Of a stretch of DNA of 64,000 bases, positions 25,895 through 39,003 are shown in pieces. Numbering within the stretch: the first letter of the stretch is position 1; each line of letters begins with the position of its first letter. Source of the stretch: Tubiluchus corallicola (Eukaryota > Animalia > Priapulida); NCBI GenBank assembly GCA_030141605.1, contig JAQGDQ010000116.1, forward strand, positions 248,001 to 312,000, written 5' to 3'. The notes below the pieces were generated by a model. The model was given only the letters and a program-made list of their open reading frames with translations. It did not search any database and had not been told where the DNA came from. A program made the position numbers and the translations under genes.

Positions 25895-28800
25895 CAGATG
25901 TACGTACAATTTTCTTTAACTTTTCAATTAAAAATAATTAGTATGCACTACTAATACGCTGATAATTAATGTCCGCATTTTATCGCGACCATTTAGTACT
26001 AAGTTAGCCATCAGGTGGTAAGTTGAGGGACAAAAAGTGAGAAGTTTAACTGCAGGTTAAGCCGGCAAGGGTAAATAAAAACAGGTGCAGCCTAAATATT
26101 GACTTAATAATACAGTGGGACACGGTATCATTATAAATAGTGAATTTTTCTTTTACCACATGTTTATAACAATAACGTTTGCCAAAATTAAACAATTCGT
26201 AAAGACTAGTATATATATATATATATATATATATACAGCAACAGGATACTTGCGCTTTTTTCATTAAGATAATAACTTTTAATCTTGCAGAAGAAGCATT
26301 GCAGCTTTCATAGGGCGTGAAACAGGCGAAGAGCAGCCTAACACCTAAACTAGATTTTGCCAAAACAATACAAAGACATATAATGTATGCCGTTCATACT
26401 CATAATGCTTAATAAAATCCGTGAATCAGGTTTCATGACTGTTGGAGCAATATACCTTTTTGTGTTTTTTGAATTATAACAAAACTGTTATGATTTCCAC
26501 TAAAAACGACGGCACTTTATTGCGATAATGCGAACGTCTTTGTAATTATAACCTAATCAATTAAACCTAATTAAACAGTGTCGTATTTACGTGTTGATGG
26601 CGCAAAATAATAAATCATACGGGACTGAGGAAAATTCGCAATTCGCCCTATGCTTGGCCAACAGTGTGGAACATTGGTGTTCTCAAATAGAGCGTCCATC
26701 GTTAATATGGTAGGAGCGAGTGTTAATGACAATGCCAAGCAGGTAAACCATGCAAGTGTTGTCTAGTGCAGCTCGTACAATGACCGGAAAAACATATTTT
26801 TGTGCAACAACAGAAAAATAAGTGCCAGTAAAGGGAGATATCATGAGATGAGGTTAAACAGTGAATTCGAGGTGAATTTCCCACCTAGGTAGGTGCATAT
26901 ATATATCGTGTGGTCATAAATACAATTGGATTAGTTTTATCGTTTCACTGAAAGCTGACGCGCATGTGGGAGCTTACGAGGTAAAAAATCACTTCATGTT
27001 TACTTGCTTTATACACTTCAAGCAGTGTGTAATAAGTAAGTAGATTCATAAACCGTGCTTTTTCTAGTTCTAAATTCTAATTAGAGCTGCACCTAAGCGT
27101 TTATTTAATTGCACTGCAGTCACCTTTATAGATTTGTTGTCACTGTATGTTCACATTTTCAACGAATGTTTTATTAACTGATAGTGCTTACTAATTCTAG
27201 GCATCAGAAACTTAGATGCTTAGAACTGCATAAATTCACGCAGTGTATATTCAATGGTAATGTGCTGGCCAAACATTGGCTTATTTTTTATTGGTGGTCA
27301 AATGGCTTTGCGTTCTAAGGTAAAAGTACATACAAGAAAAATTTAAAACATATTGCAAGTAAAAGCAGCCCTGGCGGGGAGGGCAGATAGGGAAGATTAT
27401 ATGATAAAAATCGCACGAGCTAACAGCTTTTCTTTTGTGATAGTTTCAGAAGCGAGCATGGATGAGGTCAAGTAGGTGCAATCCACTGTGAATATGATTT
27501 CCGAGTACTTCACTGATACCTTCTGGTGAATAGAATACCGCTTGTCAAGTCAAGAGCCACTTTCTTATTTTAGTGTTCCTACATATGTGTAGTTATTCCA
27601 GAGTACTAAAAGAGAATACCAAATAACAAACAATCGTGAATTTTTTGTATTGTGTGTTTTTTATGTTGGAAGGCAGAGACACAAAAAATTGCACGTTCAT
27701 TGCTATTTGTGACCCTGTGCCCTTAGTACTGTTATTAGTGTCTGGTTCGAGAATCGATATGCAAAGCTTTAGATAAAAACTCTCAGCTGTCAATGACATG
27801 ATTGTGTTCAGTCAAAAACTGAGTTTTTAAACATAGAACACTTACTGGAGTGAATAGACATGTGGGTATAATGAACTTGTGAGTAATAATTAAGCGCGAA
27901 AAAATGTCGCAGTATAGAAGAAACATTACAAAGTTTTTATCAGGAACTAAACAAACTATAAACGCGTCATGTGACCCCATGCCTGGGTCACTCTCTTCAG
28001 AAGAGCGCCGTAAGATAATGGATTCTTTCAATAGCTTGAATACCATTGGATCTACCCTGAATCTGGATGCTTTGACTCTGGGTGTCAATGGAAAGTATTT
28101 TGGAACGTTGGAGAGCCTGGTGCCCCCATCTAGCATTGACTGCCGCTCTAATAAAAGTGGTATGAAGTTAGAAATACTTTATTTTCAATACATATAATTG
28201 TCTTAGGTTCACTTGTTCTACTATCCGATAACCAAGTTAAAAGTAATTTAACAGGCAAAAAACAGACGCCCGTATGCGCAAAGAAAACGGAGCCACAATG
28301 TAAAAAAGGAACATTAGTTGAACAGAGCTGTAGACAGACGATTGTTATAACCACTACATTCGCCAACAAAAAGGAAAACAGCAAATTAATTTTAGTAATA
28401 ATTAATGAATCAAGCAGAATGGTGTCCATAATATAATAAAGGTAATCAATTAATTATTAAAAAAATCTGTATGGAAAATTATACAATAGATCCTATACAA
28501 AATTATTACTATGATAAACCAAAATTCAATAATTCTAAAATTGTACCAGCATAAAATTTCATTTTATTTTCTTCATTTCAAAAAATATATTGGGCATAAA
28601 TTATAGATGAGAGAACAGGGCGACGTACTATTCCTTTTATTTTGATACATATACACATACATATTTTATGCAGTTTTTGTAATTATGGTGCGGCAATTCA
28701 ATAAGGAAGCATACTGATGAGTTTTCTGTTTTCTGAGCGACTTAACCACAAATAATAATTAATGTCATCACGTAACGGCGAATAAAACCGGGTTAAACTG

Positions 28801-31800
28801 CTTGAACAATACTTTGTGCGGCGGATTAACATTTACCAAAACTTCGCTTTCTTTAGCAAACATCAACATCAGCTTACGCACGCAAGAAACGATAGTGATG
28901 TAAACAAACTGCAAGCAATGAACATTGTATAACGAACATTGTATAACGAACTTTCATTTTAAACCAACACCAATTAACCTACAAACTTCGGCCAACAATT
29001 GAAAGTTTATCTTCTTTCCATTTTGTTGCAAGAACCGAAAGACAACAATGGCGCCCTGACTTGAATTGCAAACCTGCAACATCCCAATGGAATAAAAATC
29101 AATAAACTGCGCGATGTGTGTCATATTGAACTAACGGATTTAACAGACTCAAACGAGCCAGGTTGATTTGTCCGTTTGTTTCCTCTTTTCAAAGATCAAG
29201 TATGTAAAAGAATCGTGCAAAAGTCTCATTTCTGTGTCAGACAGCTACTTGTGCTAATAATAAGCAGACGAATGTTTAGTGCAATTATGTTGAGTTGAAA
29301 ACTCTGCTTCAGCTAGAAGCGTGTCGAAAGTACTTCAAGTTGAAGAGTAAAGTATTGCTCTAATTCTGAACGAATAGATACTCATTCAACAGTATTATCA
29401 CTATTACGTAATATTGCAGCCTAAAATGTAAATTAAAATGAAGACGTAACATCGATTTACGTACGCGGAAAAATTAAAAAATGAGCATTTTTGTTAGCAT
29501 CACGACAAGAGATCCATGTTGTACAGAATCACACGTAACAGAAATCCAGTTCCGTACGTTTTAATCCATCGCAACTCACTTCAAAATTTTCAATACAACG
29601 CTGGAAAACATGCAACAAACTAAAGAAAATACAGTAAACCATAAACGCTAGTTGCTTATAGTATTGTAGCGGTACATTTTTTTCGTTTATTTTTTGTGTA
29701 CAAGTACCCATCAAATGATAATTAAAAAATCCACAATAGAGAAATGAAAAGTTATGTTTCAGTGTGACTCCAGGAGGTAAAATGTTTCCAGGTGAAAGGA
29801 AAATAAAAAAGACACAACCATATTAATCACAAGATAAAAACACAAAAAGCACAAAATATAATAAGTACCAAACATAGTACCATAATTAGTATGTTATCAT
29901 TATAAAAAATCATTCTAAAAATAATATTTGGTCATTTTTGTGTTTTTTGTCATTTTTTACTGACAATAGTTTTACGACGATGAACTATAAAACAATCTTT
30001 TCATTTTTTATTGTATGATTTTTTTATTAATTATTACTATACATTTTGACACAGAACCCAGCACTGGATGAAACAGCTTACTCAACACTATGTTAAACTT
30101 TGTCGCGTGGCAGAAGCCAGGCTTTTCTTGTTGCCAAGGGCAAACCTCTAAGGATGAACCACTGAACCAACAGATACATCTCAGCCACACCCGAAAGTGT
30201 ATATGTGGTCTTTCTCAGAGTTAATAGCCAGCATCAGTATTTTGCCTTATTTTATTTTGTGGACCACTTCGGAAATAACTAATGTTTTGTAATTGTTGGT
30301 TAAAATGTAACCCACGTAAAAAAATTAAAAAAATCACAACCAAACACAAACAACACGACATGATACAACGTAACACAACACAACACAGAAGGGGAAAATC
30401 GTGTTTAAAGAAGTGCAGAGTAAGGTCACCCATTACAGCGCATATTATAACACGTTTTCATTGAAGATTGCTTGTTTACGCGTTCTGACTACCACACTTA
30501 ACATGAAAACATAGTTACTTAAATTGTGAAAACTGAATACGATAACATGATGACCTCTTCTTTTCAACCCTACCAAGCCTTGTCATATGAAATTAGATCA
30601 AACTCTGTAAGATGTGTTATAAATCATTTGATTACTCGTGCATACTCAAATTACTCATGTTTACATACAATGTTCATCAGCTTTGCAGACCATAATAATG
30701 AACTAATATCTGAGGTGAGCCTGACTGGTTATCAGAAATAAACATCAAGTAAATGTAAGTTGGCGAAACTGCCTGAACTTGTTCTGTTATTCCAGTCTTA
30801 GTTCACAGTCTAATCTTTAATTAAATTTTGACAATGCTCAATAAAATATAGGCTATATAAAAAGTTCAACACGCAATCTGCGTGTTTTAACTATGTATGT
30901 CTCTCTCTGCTTGTGTGTCTTTATGAGGCAACATTTCCTAAACTATCTCGAAATACGATGCTACATTCCCGTACGACTATAATATCTTTATCCCCAGGCA
31001 GTGATCAATTTGTCAAATGTACACAATTGATTTTATATAACTTTTACTAGCAGGTGGTGTTGTTTAGTTTAGAATGCAAGTTCAAGAATCCACATTAATC
31101 CATTATCCAAGTTCAGGAACCTTGTCTTTTGCTCTGAGAAGCTACAACGACTTAACCATTTCACTTTGTAGTGGTGCTCTTTTGAATGTATGATAGTATC
31201 AACAGTAAGAAACTCCCGGGGATTAATTGTGTAGGATAATACCCTGTTAGAGATAGTTTGTTTAAATATTCTACCCGTACATCTACGCTAGATAAAGACA
31301 TCCTTATAAAGACAAGGGCCAAAAGGGCTAAAACCGTCATTCACTGTTGTATATCACCCTTCGTTAAAGTTAATTTACCAGTGTACATTTGGCATTACCA
31401 GTAATTAACTCTCTAGTCTTATTCTCTCATTTACGCTGATGTGACGCGTTTAAGGTGTATCAAAGTCTTTCCAATATTTGCTTGGCACACGCTAGCATTA
31501 ATAACAATATGCACTCGGCATTATGTCTGGAATATGTAAATTATATTTAAAATGCAAGCAAGGCGCTGGACGAGCTATAAAAACAGCAAAGCATGTTTGC
31601 ACTTTGCATACTTTACAAATTGGAATTTACTTCATTTAGGCCTCGGGTTAATTGTGTACTGTGACTTCCCTAATTTAGTTATAGTTCAGACACACATATC
31701 TTCGAGCTATAATGACCGAGTCTTACACTAACAGGTACATGCACATGTGCTGTACTACCGTGAAGAAAATTTGTAAACTTAATTCACTGAAGTGAAATTT

Positions 31801-34800
31801 ATTCGGTTTTGATAGCAAACTGATAATTAAATTTAAATCACCTCAACCCACGTCAATGCACCACAATCTTAAATTCTGGCAGTCAATTCCAGTCGAACGC
31901 AGTCCACTTCAATCTGATCAAGTCTGCTAGTTTCGTTACTTTGGTCTAGTCTAGACTGTCCAGTCCACTCGCATTTAATCCACTTAACTTCTGAGCAGCA
32001 ATGCTGCACTATGGAACAACGCAATAACGCCTAGGCCCTAACAGCCGCCCTATACTAGAGTTTGCGATTTGTCCAGCCTCTTGTAACCGAGCTGGTCCAG
32101 TTCTATCTAGTTAAATCCATTTTAGCACTCGGCAATGACATCCGTTTTTCTAGGTCAAAACAGTATGATTTGTTTAATACCGTCGGGCAAGGCAGAATCC
32201 ACTTAACGTAACAAAAATTTTACCAAAAAAAGGTGTACAATTTGCTACTTTAATAATTTTGTTATAATTTATTTATAATAGCGATACTGCATTTATTTCA
32301 ATTTCCATAAATTATTTCGATCATTGCCTTTGCTGGGAAAAGTTTGTCTCGTTTATGATCGCATCAACCTTCGCGCTTGGTCGTTCATTAAAACGACTCA
32401 TTATTGTGCAATAAAAGTTAATTTTCTGTACAACGGAATTTAGGTTTATCTGGAAAATGGAGCCCCATGAAATTACCAGCACCATGAAATTAAAACTTAA
32501 GCCTCATTCACATTTTCCTAGTAAAATGTTAATACGAGTAAAAACAGGGTAAGACGGGTAACAGCAGTTCCAGGCTATTTTAATTTCATCAGTTTAAACT
32601 ACACAAAGTTTAGCAAAGGCGGCAAACTGGCATTTTTGTACGTCAAGGAAGAGTTTTGTAGTCCCATCTGGAACCTAAAACCAGTCATTCTGGTTGAGAA
32701 AAACCCTTTTAAAAGCGTTCTATGGATAAAGAAAGCTAGGAACTAATCGAATCAAATACAAACACAAACTCTCAACAGCAACACTGCATAAACTGCTGGG
32801 GGGAGGATTGAGTGATTGGAAAACAAAACATGAACCTATAAATTTTGTTTTTTAGAAAGTAAAACTTTTATTTCATGGCCTATTGAAAATTAAAAATCAT
32901 TCCTCGCACGATAAACCTGCCTTGACGGGCGTATTGGTTTTCATTGAAAGGTTACAACGGCAATAAACGTTGGTTTCAACCGGGAACAAGCAATGAACTT
33001 GAAAACAAATTCATTATATAAAAATGAACAAGTGACTAGAATTAATAATTTCAGCTAATAGAACGGTTTTCGCCCATGAAGCTCGATTGCTAAAATAATT
33101 TTCTTGCGTGGCGTGTGCAACAAGTTTTACACTTTATGCCTACAGGTAATATAACGTATTAGCACACTGGTTAGTTACCTCAGAAATGCCGGTAGGCAAA
33201 TACTAAAACATGCAACATTTCTTCCTGGTTACTGAGTATAAAATACTCTAACAACAAAACAATGTAAGTGTTATTATCATCAATATAAACACAACATTAA
33301 TTCACTGAAGGGTTTTATAATGTTATCAAGCAAACGTTGTTACCGCGTGTTGACCTTGTAAGCTCAAATGACGACGTTATGTCATTTTCTGTAATATGAA
33401 GGACAGCAGTGAAATGAGTAGCGAGTATGACGGAACGTGGACAGAAACGTGACTGAAGTTAAGTGCGCCCCTCAAACAGTATTAACGTTATTATTTAATG
33501 GGTTTTGGGTTTACGAGAAAAACCTGACAGACTAGCGTATTTACTAAATCTCTCGACTCTTACATTTCATGTTATGGAAGTTTGACAAATAGCCTAGCAC
33601 ATTACCATACACCTCAGCTCTTGCATTCCTTGTATGGTAAGTTTGATAAAATTATGTCACTTCAACACATTTACCAAACATATCAGCTTTTGCGTTTTTG
33701 TTACTGTAAATTCGGCAGCCGATCTATCGCATTTATCATCATATCACTCATGATTATCTCCTGCATTGCTTGTATGGTAAGTTTGGCAAATGGTCTAGTG
33801 CATTTACCATATCACTCATGATCATCTCCCGCATTCCTTGTAAGGTAAGTTTGGCAAATGGTCTAGTGCATTTACCATATCACTCATGATCATCTCCCGC
33901 ATTCCTTGTAAGGTAAGTTTGGCAAATGGTCTCCAATCCATTTACTAAATACCTCAGCTCATGCACTTCATGTGAGGTAAATTAGGCAAATGGCTAGCCT
34001 TTGTCAGTTTGCATTTCTTGTATGGTAAGTTTGGCGAATGATCTATCAGTTTAAGCAATTCTTGCATTCCTTGTATGGTATGTTTGGCAAAGAATCGACC
34101 ACATTTACCAAATCTCTCAGCTCTTACATTCTTTGTATTGTAAGTTTGGCAACTGGCCTGCCAGGCCTGGCACATCTACCAAATCCTTCAGTTCTTATAT
34201 TCTTTACAAGGTACCGTTTGACAAATGGTTTCTAGCCCATCTATAAAATATTACATCTCTTATATTTCTTGTATGGTAAGATTCACAAATAGTCTAGCCA
34301 AATTCTAGCCAGTTCTGTGCATTTATCAAATCTTTTGCATCTTTGTAAGGTACATTTGATAAATTTCCCTAAGGATGTGTCAACCCATTGAGGGAATAAC
34401 GAGTTAATCATTTTTTTACGCAAAAGGTACACCATCCAGTGTGCCAAAATCTATGTCAAGAACCTGTAGCATTGTATATATTACACACAGATTCTGCTGG
34501 CTGACTTGTCATCACATTTTAATGATTTCATAGAATTTTATGATATCAAGTCACAATAACAATTTATTATTGTCTGTTTTTTTAATAACCATGTCAAGTT
34601 TTCTGGCCACTTTCAAAAAACATTAAACGAGAAAACTAGACACAAGATAATAATCCGCACTTAAGCAGCTATCAGCTTAACTTAGAGTGTGCTACAAATG
34701 TTAGGTCTGTATTGATAACTTGAGAAACTAAATTATGATAACTTGCTAAACGCTTTTATTACCGACAGATGAAATAATAATACTGCACTCGAACCAAACC

Positions 34801-37800
34801 ATCTTTAATTTATCAACGCCTATTCTCTTCTAATTAATTTTAACTCATAAATTCTACAAAGTGATTTAGATTTATCAATTACCCAGAAAATCAATTAAAA
34901 TCTAAAAACGATGAGCGAATTGATCCTACTTCATATTCACGGTTGCACAATGTTGTTCTTGTTAAGTCCATGACATATAAAATATCTACCGCACGTGCTG
35001 CCTGTAACCCACTTTCTGTAATGTACTGTGAAAATGATTAAAGTTAGCTTATCGTAAATTTTGAGATTTTTATAAGTAATAATGCAGCACAAAGAAAAAT
35101 ACGTTACAATAAGTAAGATGAGTCTACGAGTTAATGTGCTAGTTATTATGTTATCAGTGATCAAATAAATGAGCCCTTTGTAACTATTATAATTATATAG
35201 CTTCGTGCAGTTTGTAGAAACGTGAATTATTGCTTCTAACACCTGCTCGTACATGCAAGCAAGACTTCAAACAAAAAATTATTACGAAATCCATAAGTCT
35301 ATCATTGCGATTTGAGAAAAGTTTTTTGGCGCTAAGTCGTGCATATTTATGGATTGGTGTCATAGTAATTTCTGTAAATTTTTAACCATTATTTATTTTG
35401 CTAACATACAAGCATTGCTACTAAAACTTTGCCGCATAACTTTGGTTTTAACTGAAAAACTTAGTTGACTTGTCGTACATCGTACAGTTTAAAATTCATA
35501 CATTTATTTAAAATCTTCTAATTTACACGCAGGCCCTACTAACATTTAATATGCAGTTTTACTGGATTTCATTGTTAGAGAATCCAGTTTACAAATGCAT
35601 TGACTGTGTCATAAATGATTGCAGTTTCTAATCCCGAGCATTAAATAACACTCTTCCTGGTTTAGTCAAGGTGCGATTAAGTAGGAGGAAACAACTATCA
35701 GGTAAATCATATTCTTCCTGATGTACAGTTAACCAACTAATCATTATTGCTGTTGACTGCAATTAATGCGGTTTTTCTGGCATTAAGCAGCGCATGTTTT
35801 ATAAAGGGAACCGCTGTTTAACAACACCAACAAGCTGTTCTGCAAACGCCTATAGTTTGCACAGTGTTAATTGTATGGTCGTTGTACCCAAAAGTGTTAA
35901 ATGCACGTTATTTTTTTCTGTCCAGCGGCAGACAGCTGATGGGTAGTATAGTTAAACAAAGCTAAGTACCTCGTACCAGAACAAATACTTATTCAACTTG
36001 CAATAATGAAGTCTTATATTAGGATTGTGAATACTAGACTTTTTGCAGTTTTCGTAAAAAAGAATGCCTTTGGAATAATTGCAAATGCTTACGAGCTTAT
36101 TTTGTTTTATAGGTTTATGAATTAGAATAAATTATTTAAACAATAAAACGTTGTTTTTAACCAGTAGTTACCTTTTTATATAAGTGAAAAATGTAGGACA
36201 AAGTCCTAGGTATAATTCCCCTGTCTGAATATTTTTCAGCTCCTCCGGTGATAGTAAACGTCTTGCCGCTACCCGTCTGAAAAAATAATTCGTTAGCACT
36301 AAAATCACCGGGGCCACGGTTCAGAGCAGCTTTTACCACTCCATTTCTAAGTAAATGTATTATCTTGGTGAATTTTTTTCTTTTGTTTCCCATTTTCGTA
36401 TCACTTCTTAAAATTAAAGTATAGCTGTTGCATGCAATCAGGTGACATTGACTAATACACTGTGACTGAATTATAATTCTCTGCTTGCAGGTTTTCATGT
36501 AAATTTTAACTGCTGAATGTTATGACTAAACCTATTTCATAACATCGAGAAACGGCAAAAGTGGTCACAGTTTTTTTTTAATCATTCTCAGCTTACTAGT
36601 AGTGACTTATGACTAGCAGTTTTGGTAACTCAGCTGCTTTCGGTAAAATTCACCGAACGAGTGTAAAATGGAAAAACTAGTAGGCAATTTAATCTCCATG
36701 AAATAAGAAAGTAGTGAAAAGTGAAATGTGTATATTACCGTTACCACTTACCATGATAGGTAACCTCAAATATGTTGTGAACTCGTGTTAATAGACAGCC
36801 TCAATTACCTGCGCTACACATTTATACAGAAAAGAAGCATTATTCTAAACCAAGACCTATGATTACATTGAATGCAACCAAACAAAAGGATTACAGCAAT
36901 TCTAAATGCACAACAAATTTAGGAATAAGTGTCACTGAATAGGTCAAGCGATAGTATATTATTACCTTTCTCGCATTCAGGCATTCAGCAGGTTTTAGTG
37001 AAAGGCTAGCCTAATGTGTAGGCTTATTATAAGGTAATAACATAAGTAGATAACGCTGGCTGCATAGTACAAATCGGTTTTCAAATTGTGTATTTTAAAA
37101 CACGGTTACATAAAATTTAATAGCGTTTTGGAAGTTGTGATTCAGCCTTTTGACCAAGCCCACCACATTCCACGTATTTTAATTTTACATCACACATTTT
37201 CACAAACTTTAGTAGCATTATTAGCAACGAAGTGCGCGTAGGCAAAGGTCAGCGTTAAACAATAAATAACAATGTGTTAAACTGCACACTACTGCACTAA
37301 ATCGCCCGAGTACCTAAAAAAAATAGTACTAACAGAGACCCTACCTGTCCATATGCAAATATTGTTCCATTGTAACCGGTCAGTACACTGAAAAGACAAT
37401 TGTTTCAAAATTTTAATGTTATTTCAAGCTTTGTGAGACTATTCAGCTAAAAGAGAACAGTGTGCCTGTTGCAAATAAAAAATATATGCATATGTGTTCT
37501 CTCTTGCTTTATTTATTTCTTATTTTTCATCTCTGCAACTAATTTCTACAAAACGCCTTGGTAGAAGTAAATATCTCAATTAAAAATTGCTTAATTTATT
37601 ATGCATTGTATTTACTAAAATATTAGTTTTTAAAGTACTGTTTATGAAAGTACTATAAACTAACAGGCAGTAGTTATTCATTCTGCAAGATGGCAGCACC
37701 TACTTGGAGCACAGACTATGGCAGAAGTTTGTTAACATGCACTGCATTAAAAGCATAATTGCTAAATTTCATGTTACTGCCTCAGTTTCTTGTACTGACC

Positions 37801-38401
37801 TGTCAATGACTGGACAAACTACGTCAAATATGTTATCTTGTTTCGCTTCTTGATTAAAAATATTTTCAAATCTGCAAAGAGAATTAGAAACGTTTCATTA
37901 TTATTGCGTGTGCTTGTTAAAATGATATAAACTGGCATCTTTACATGTTTTATAATTACAACAATGCTGCATATTATTTGGTTTTCAATAACTGTTCGTT
38001 TACTTGAAATTATATATCTCCCGTCGATTATTAATGATACCATCTGCTGCATCGTGTGGTATTACCAGCTGAAGTATTGTGGATTTTTCACCTTCATTTG
38101 AAACTTCGTATTTCTGAAAAAAAAATGTTTGTAGTTATTATTACATGTAAAGTTTGAAAAATGTAAATAATGCCAATAAATGTTCATGGAAAGTTTGTAA
38201 TATTACATAGTATGATAAAATTCAGCAAGTTGTAGCCAAGGGCTAAGGTTACTTTTTACCAAACAAACGATGCACAATATTCAGTAATAATAGAAAAACA
38301 CCTACGTTTCATTCTTGAACAATAAACAGCATACTTACTACTGTCTTTGATTTTATTGTAGGCTTAATCCTTGCATATACTTTAATACCTTGTTTCACCA
38401 T
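5568..38401 (-). CDS. KIF6: Kinesin-like protein KIF6 (kinesin-9 family), complete, about 725 aa
   Basis: Exons on the minus strand: 38401-38339, 38113-38004, 37871-37800, 37387-37345, 36276-36172, 11846-11737, 11168-11039, 10447-10329, 10067-9980, 9752-9609, 9476-9286, 9153-9048, 8741-8612, 8083-7991 (uncertain), 6670-6521, 6338-6203, 6097-5953, 5810-5568. Motifs: N-terminus [15 protein letters not shown]-loop [41 protein letters not shown], switch I NQASTRSH, switch [31 protein letters not shown], and KIF6-type VGADMRKI and [19 protein letters not shown]. The exon structure between 8612 and 6671 is the least certain part. Confidence 0.95.
5881..5915. repeat. (TA)n microsatellite
   Basis: Directly visible in the last KIF6 intron. 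Confidence 0.95.
6696..7935 (+). mobile_element. Non-autonomous Helentron (HINE/DINE-like)
   Basis: 5' end TTTTTAGCTCCCCTGA with hairpin CTGACT-TT-AGTCAG; 3' subterminal inverted repeat TCAGGGGA followed by stem-loop ACCGTCA-T-TGACGGT and CTGGTT; internally repeated blocks (gccaaaaccttttgtc at about 6800 and 7411). No transposase ORF. Confidence 0.8.
12555..12755. repeat. Degenerate tandem repeat, about 43-48 bp unit, 4-5 copies
   Basis: Units resembling aacattgwttctgttttttaa...aacaaaaacaagttaa recur in tandem. Confidence 0.6.
12920..13535. mobile_element. Probable DNA-transposon remnant
   Basis: Repeated CAAGATGGCCGACAAGATGG blocks (about 13085 and 13357) and ttggtgtctaaatgtaggttttcaaggtcaagg, a style common in non-autonomous DNA elements of marine invertebrates; termini not resolved. 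Confidence 0.4.
14128..14315. mobile_element. PIF/Harbinger-like MITE (about 190 bp)
   Basis: Terminal inverted repeats GTGGCGGATTCAC ... GCGAATCCGGCCCC, internal inverted TCTTACGAA/TTCGTAAGA motifs, AAA on both flanks. Confidence 0.65.
23438..23640. repeat. Compound trinucleotide microsatellite (TAT)(CTA)n(CAC)n(CAG)n
   Basis: Directly visible; explains the three low-complexity ORFs at 23398-23703. Confidence 0.95.
24225..24297. repeat. (GAT/GAC)n degenerate microsatellite
   Basis: Directly visible. Confidence 0.85.
25824..25887. repeat. Two adjacent (TA)n tracts; another lies at about 26210-26236
   Basis: Directly visible. Confidence 0.9.
27904..28436 (+). CDS. Candidate nested coding sequence antisense within the KIF6 intron (orphan gene or alternative DAAM first exon)
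   Basis: AAAATG start, 85 codons to a G/GTATGA donor at 28159/28160. An optional 47-nt intron to tcttag (28206) continues in frame to TAA at 28434-28436, which overlaps AATAAA. No homology recognised. Confidence 0.35.
33525..34370 (+). repeat. Tandem array of 60-68 bp units, about 13 copies
   Basis: Recurrent core cattccttgtatGGTAAGTTTGGCAAATGGTCTAG.CATTTACC; two essentially identical 68-bp units at about 33776-33911, with more diverged copies on either side. Confidence 0.9.
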
Positions 38402-38891
38402 CTTCATTTACGGAACGAGATTATTTGACAAATAAACAAAGTCTACCCTTCCATCTTCGCAGTGACACCAATACCTAAAATAGCAGCAGATCATGAATTT
38501 TTTGTTCTCTCTCTTTGAAAATTCAAAATTAAGTATTGGTTAGTTTTTCATCATAAACATCATTTTAAATTTCGTCATGAATTTTACTTTTTTAGTACAT
38601 ACCATCTGCCTGGATCTAAAGTACATATACAGCTATAATATGTTAAAAATCTTTTAACCGTTTGATACTATAATAAATAAGAAGAATTTGTAATAGCCGA
38701 CAAATAACCAACCCATGATTTTCTAAGCTTCGACAGCGAATTAGAGTAGAGAATTGACCAATTTCCACAATAATATTTGAAGACATTAATGTATTTGAAG
38801 ATAAAATATTGCAGCACGTAAAGTTCTGCTAAACGTGACACCATGGCTACATTGTCATGAAGTTACATTGATTTACACTAAGACGCACTTA

Positions 38892-38989
38892 CTCGCTTTA
38901 AAATAAGTATAAGATAGCCACATAACCCACAGTCAATTTCACGAGATAAACTTCCTTGTAACCAGACGCATGCAAACCACGTGTTATCA
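38892..38989 (-). other. Putative non-coding first exon of KIF6
   Basis: Minus-strand donor GA/GTAAGT at 38891 and acceptor ttttag at 38475-38476, upstream of the ATG-containing exon; lies immediately downstream of the X-box. The start position is a guess. Confidence 0.45.
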
Positions 38990-39003
38990 GTTGCTATGGT
39001 TAC
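38990..39003. promoter_or_regulatory. RFX X-box motif at the KIF6 promoter
   Basis: GTTGCTATGGTTAC fits the X-box consensus GTYNCYATRGNAAC with one mismatch; about 590 bp upstream of the ATG of a ciliary kinesin; an E-box CACGTG lies at 38978-38983. Confidence 0.7.

Larger units (their letters stand above)
11847..36171 (-). other. Giant KIF6 intron (24,325 nt, phase 0)
   Basis: Donor AAG/GTAACT after ...HLYKK and acceptor ttttcag/AAT before [18 protein letters not shown]. The motor-domain sequence is continuous across the junction, so no conserved exon is missing. Confidence 0.9.

Noticed and set aside
33525-34370. CRISPR-like periodicity
   Set aside because: Whole units are homologous with no unique spacers, the context is a eukaryotic intron, and there are no cas genes.
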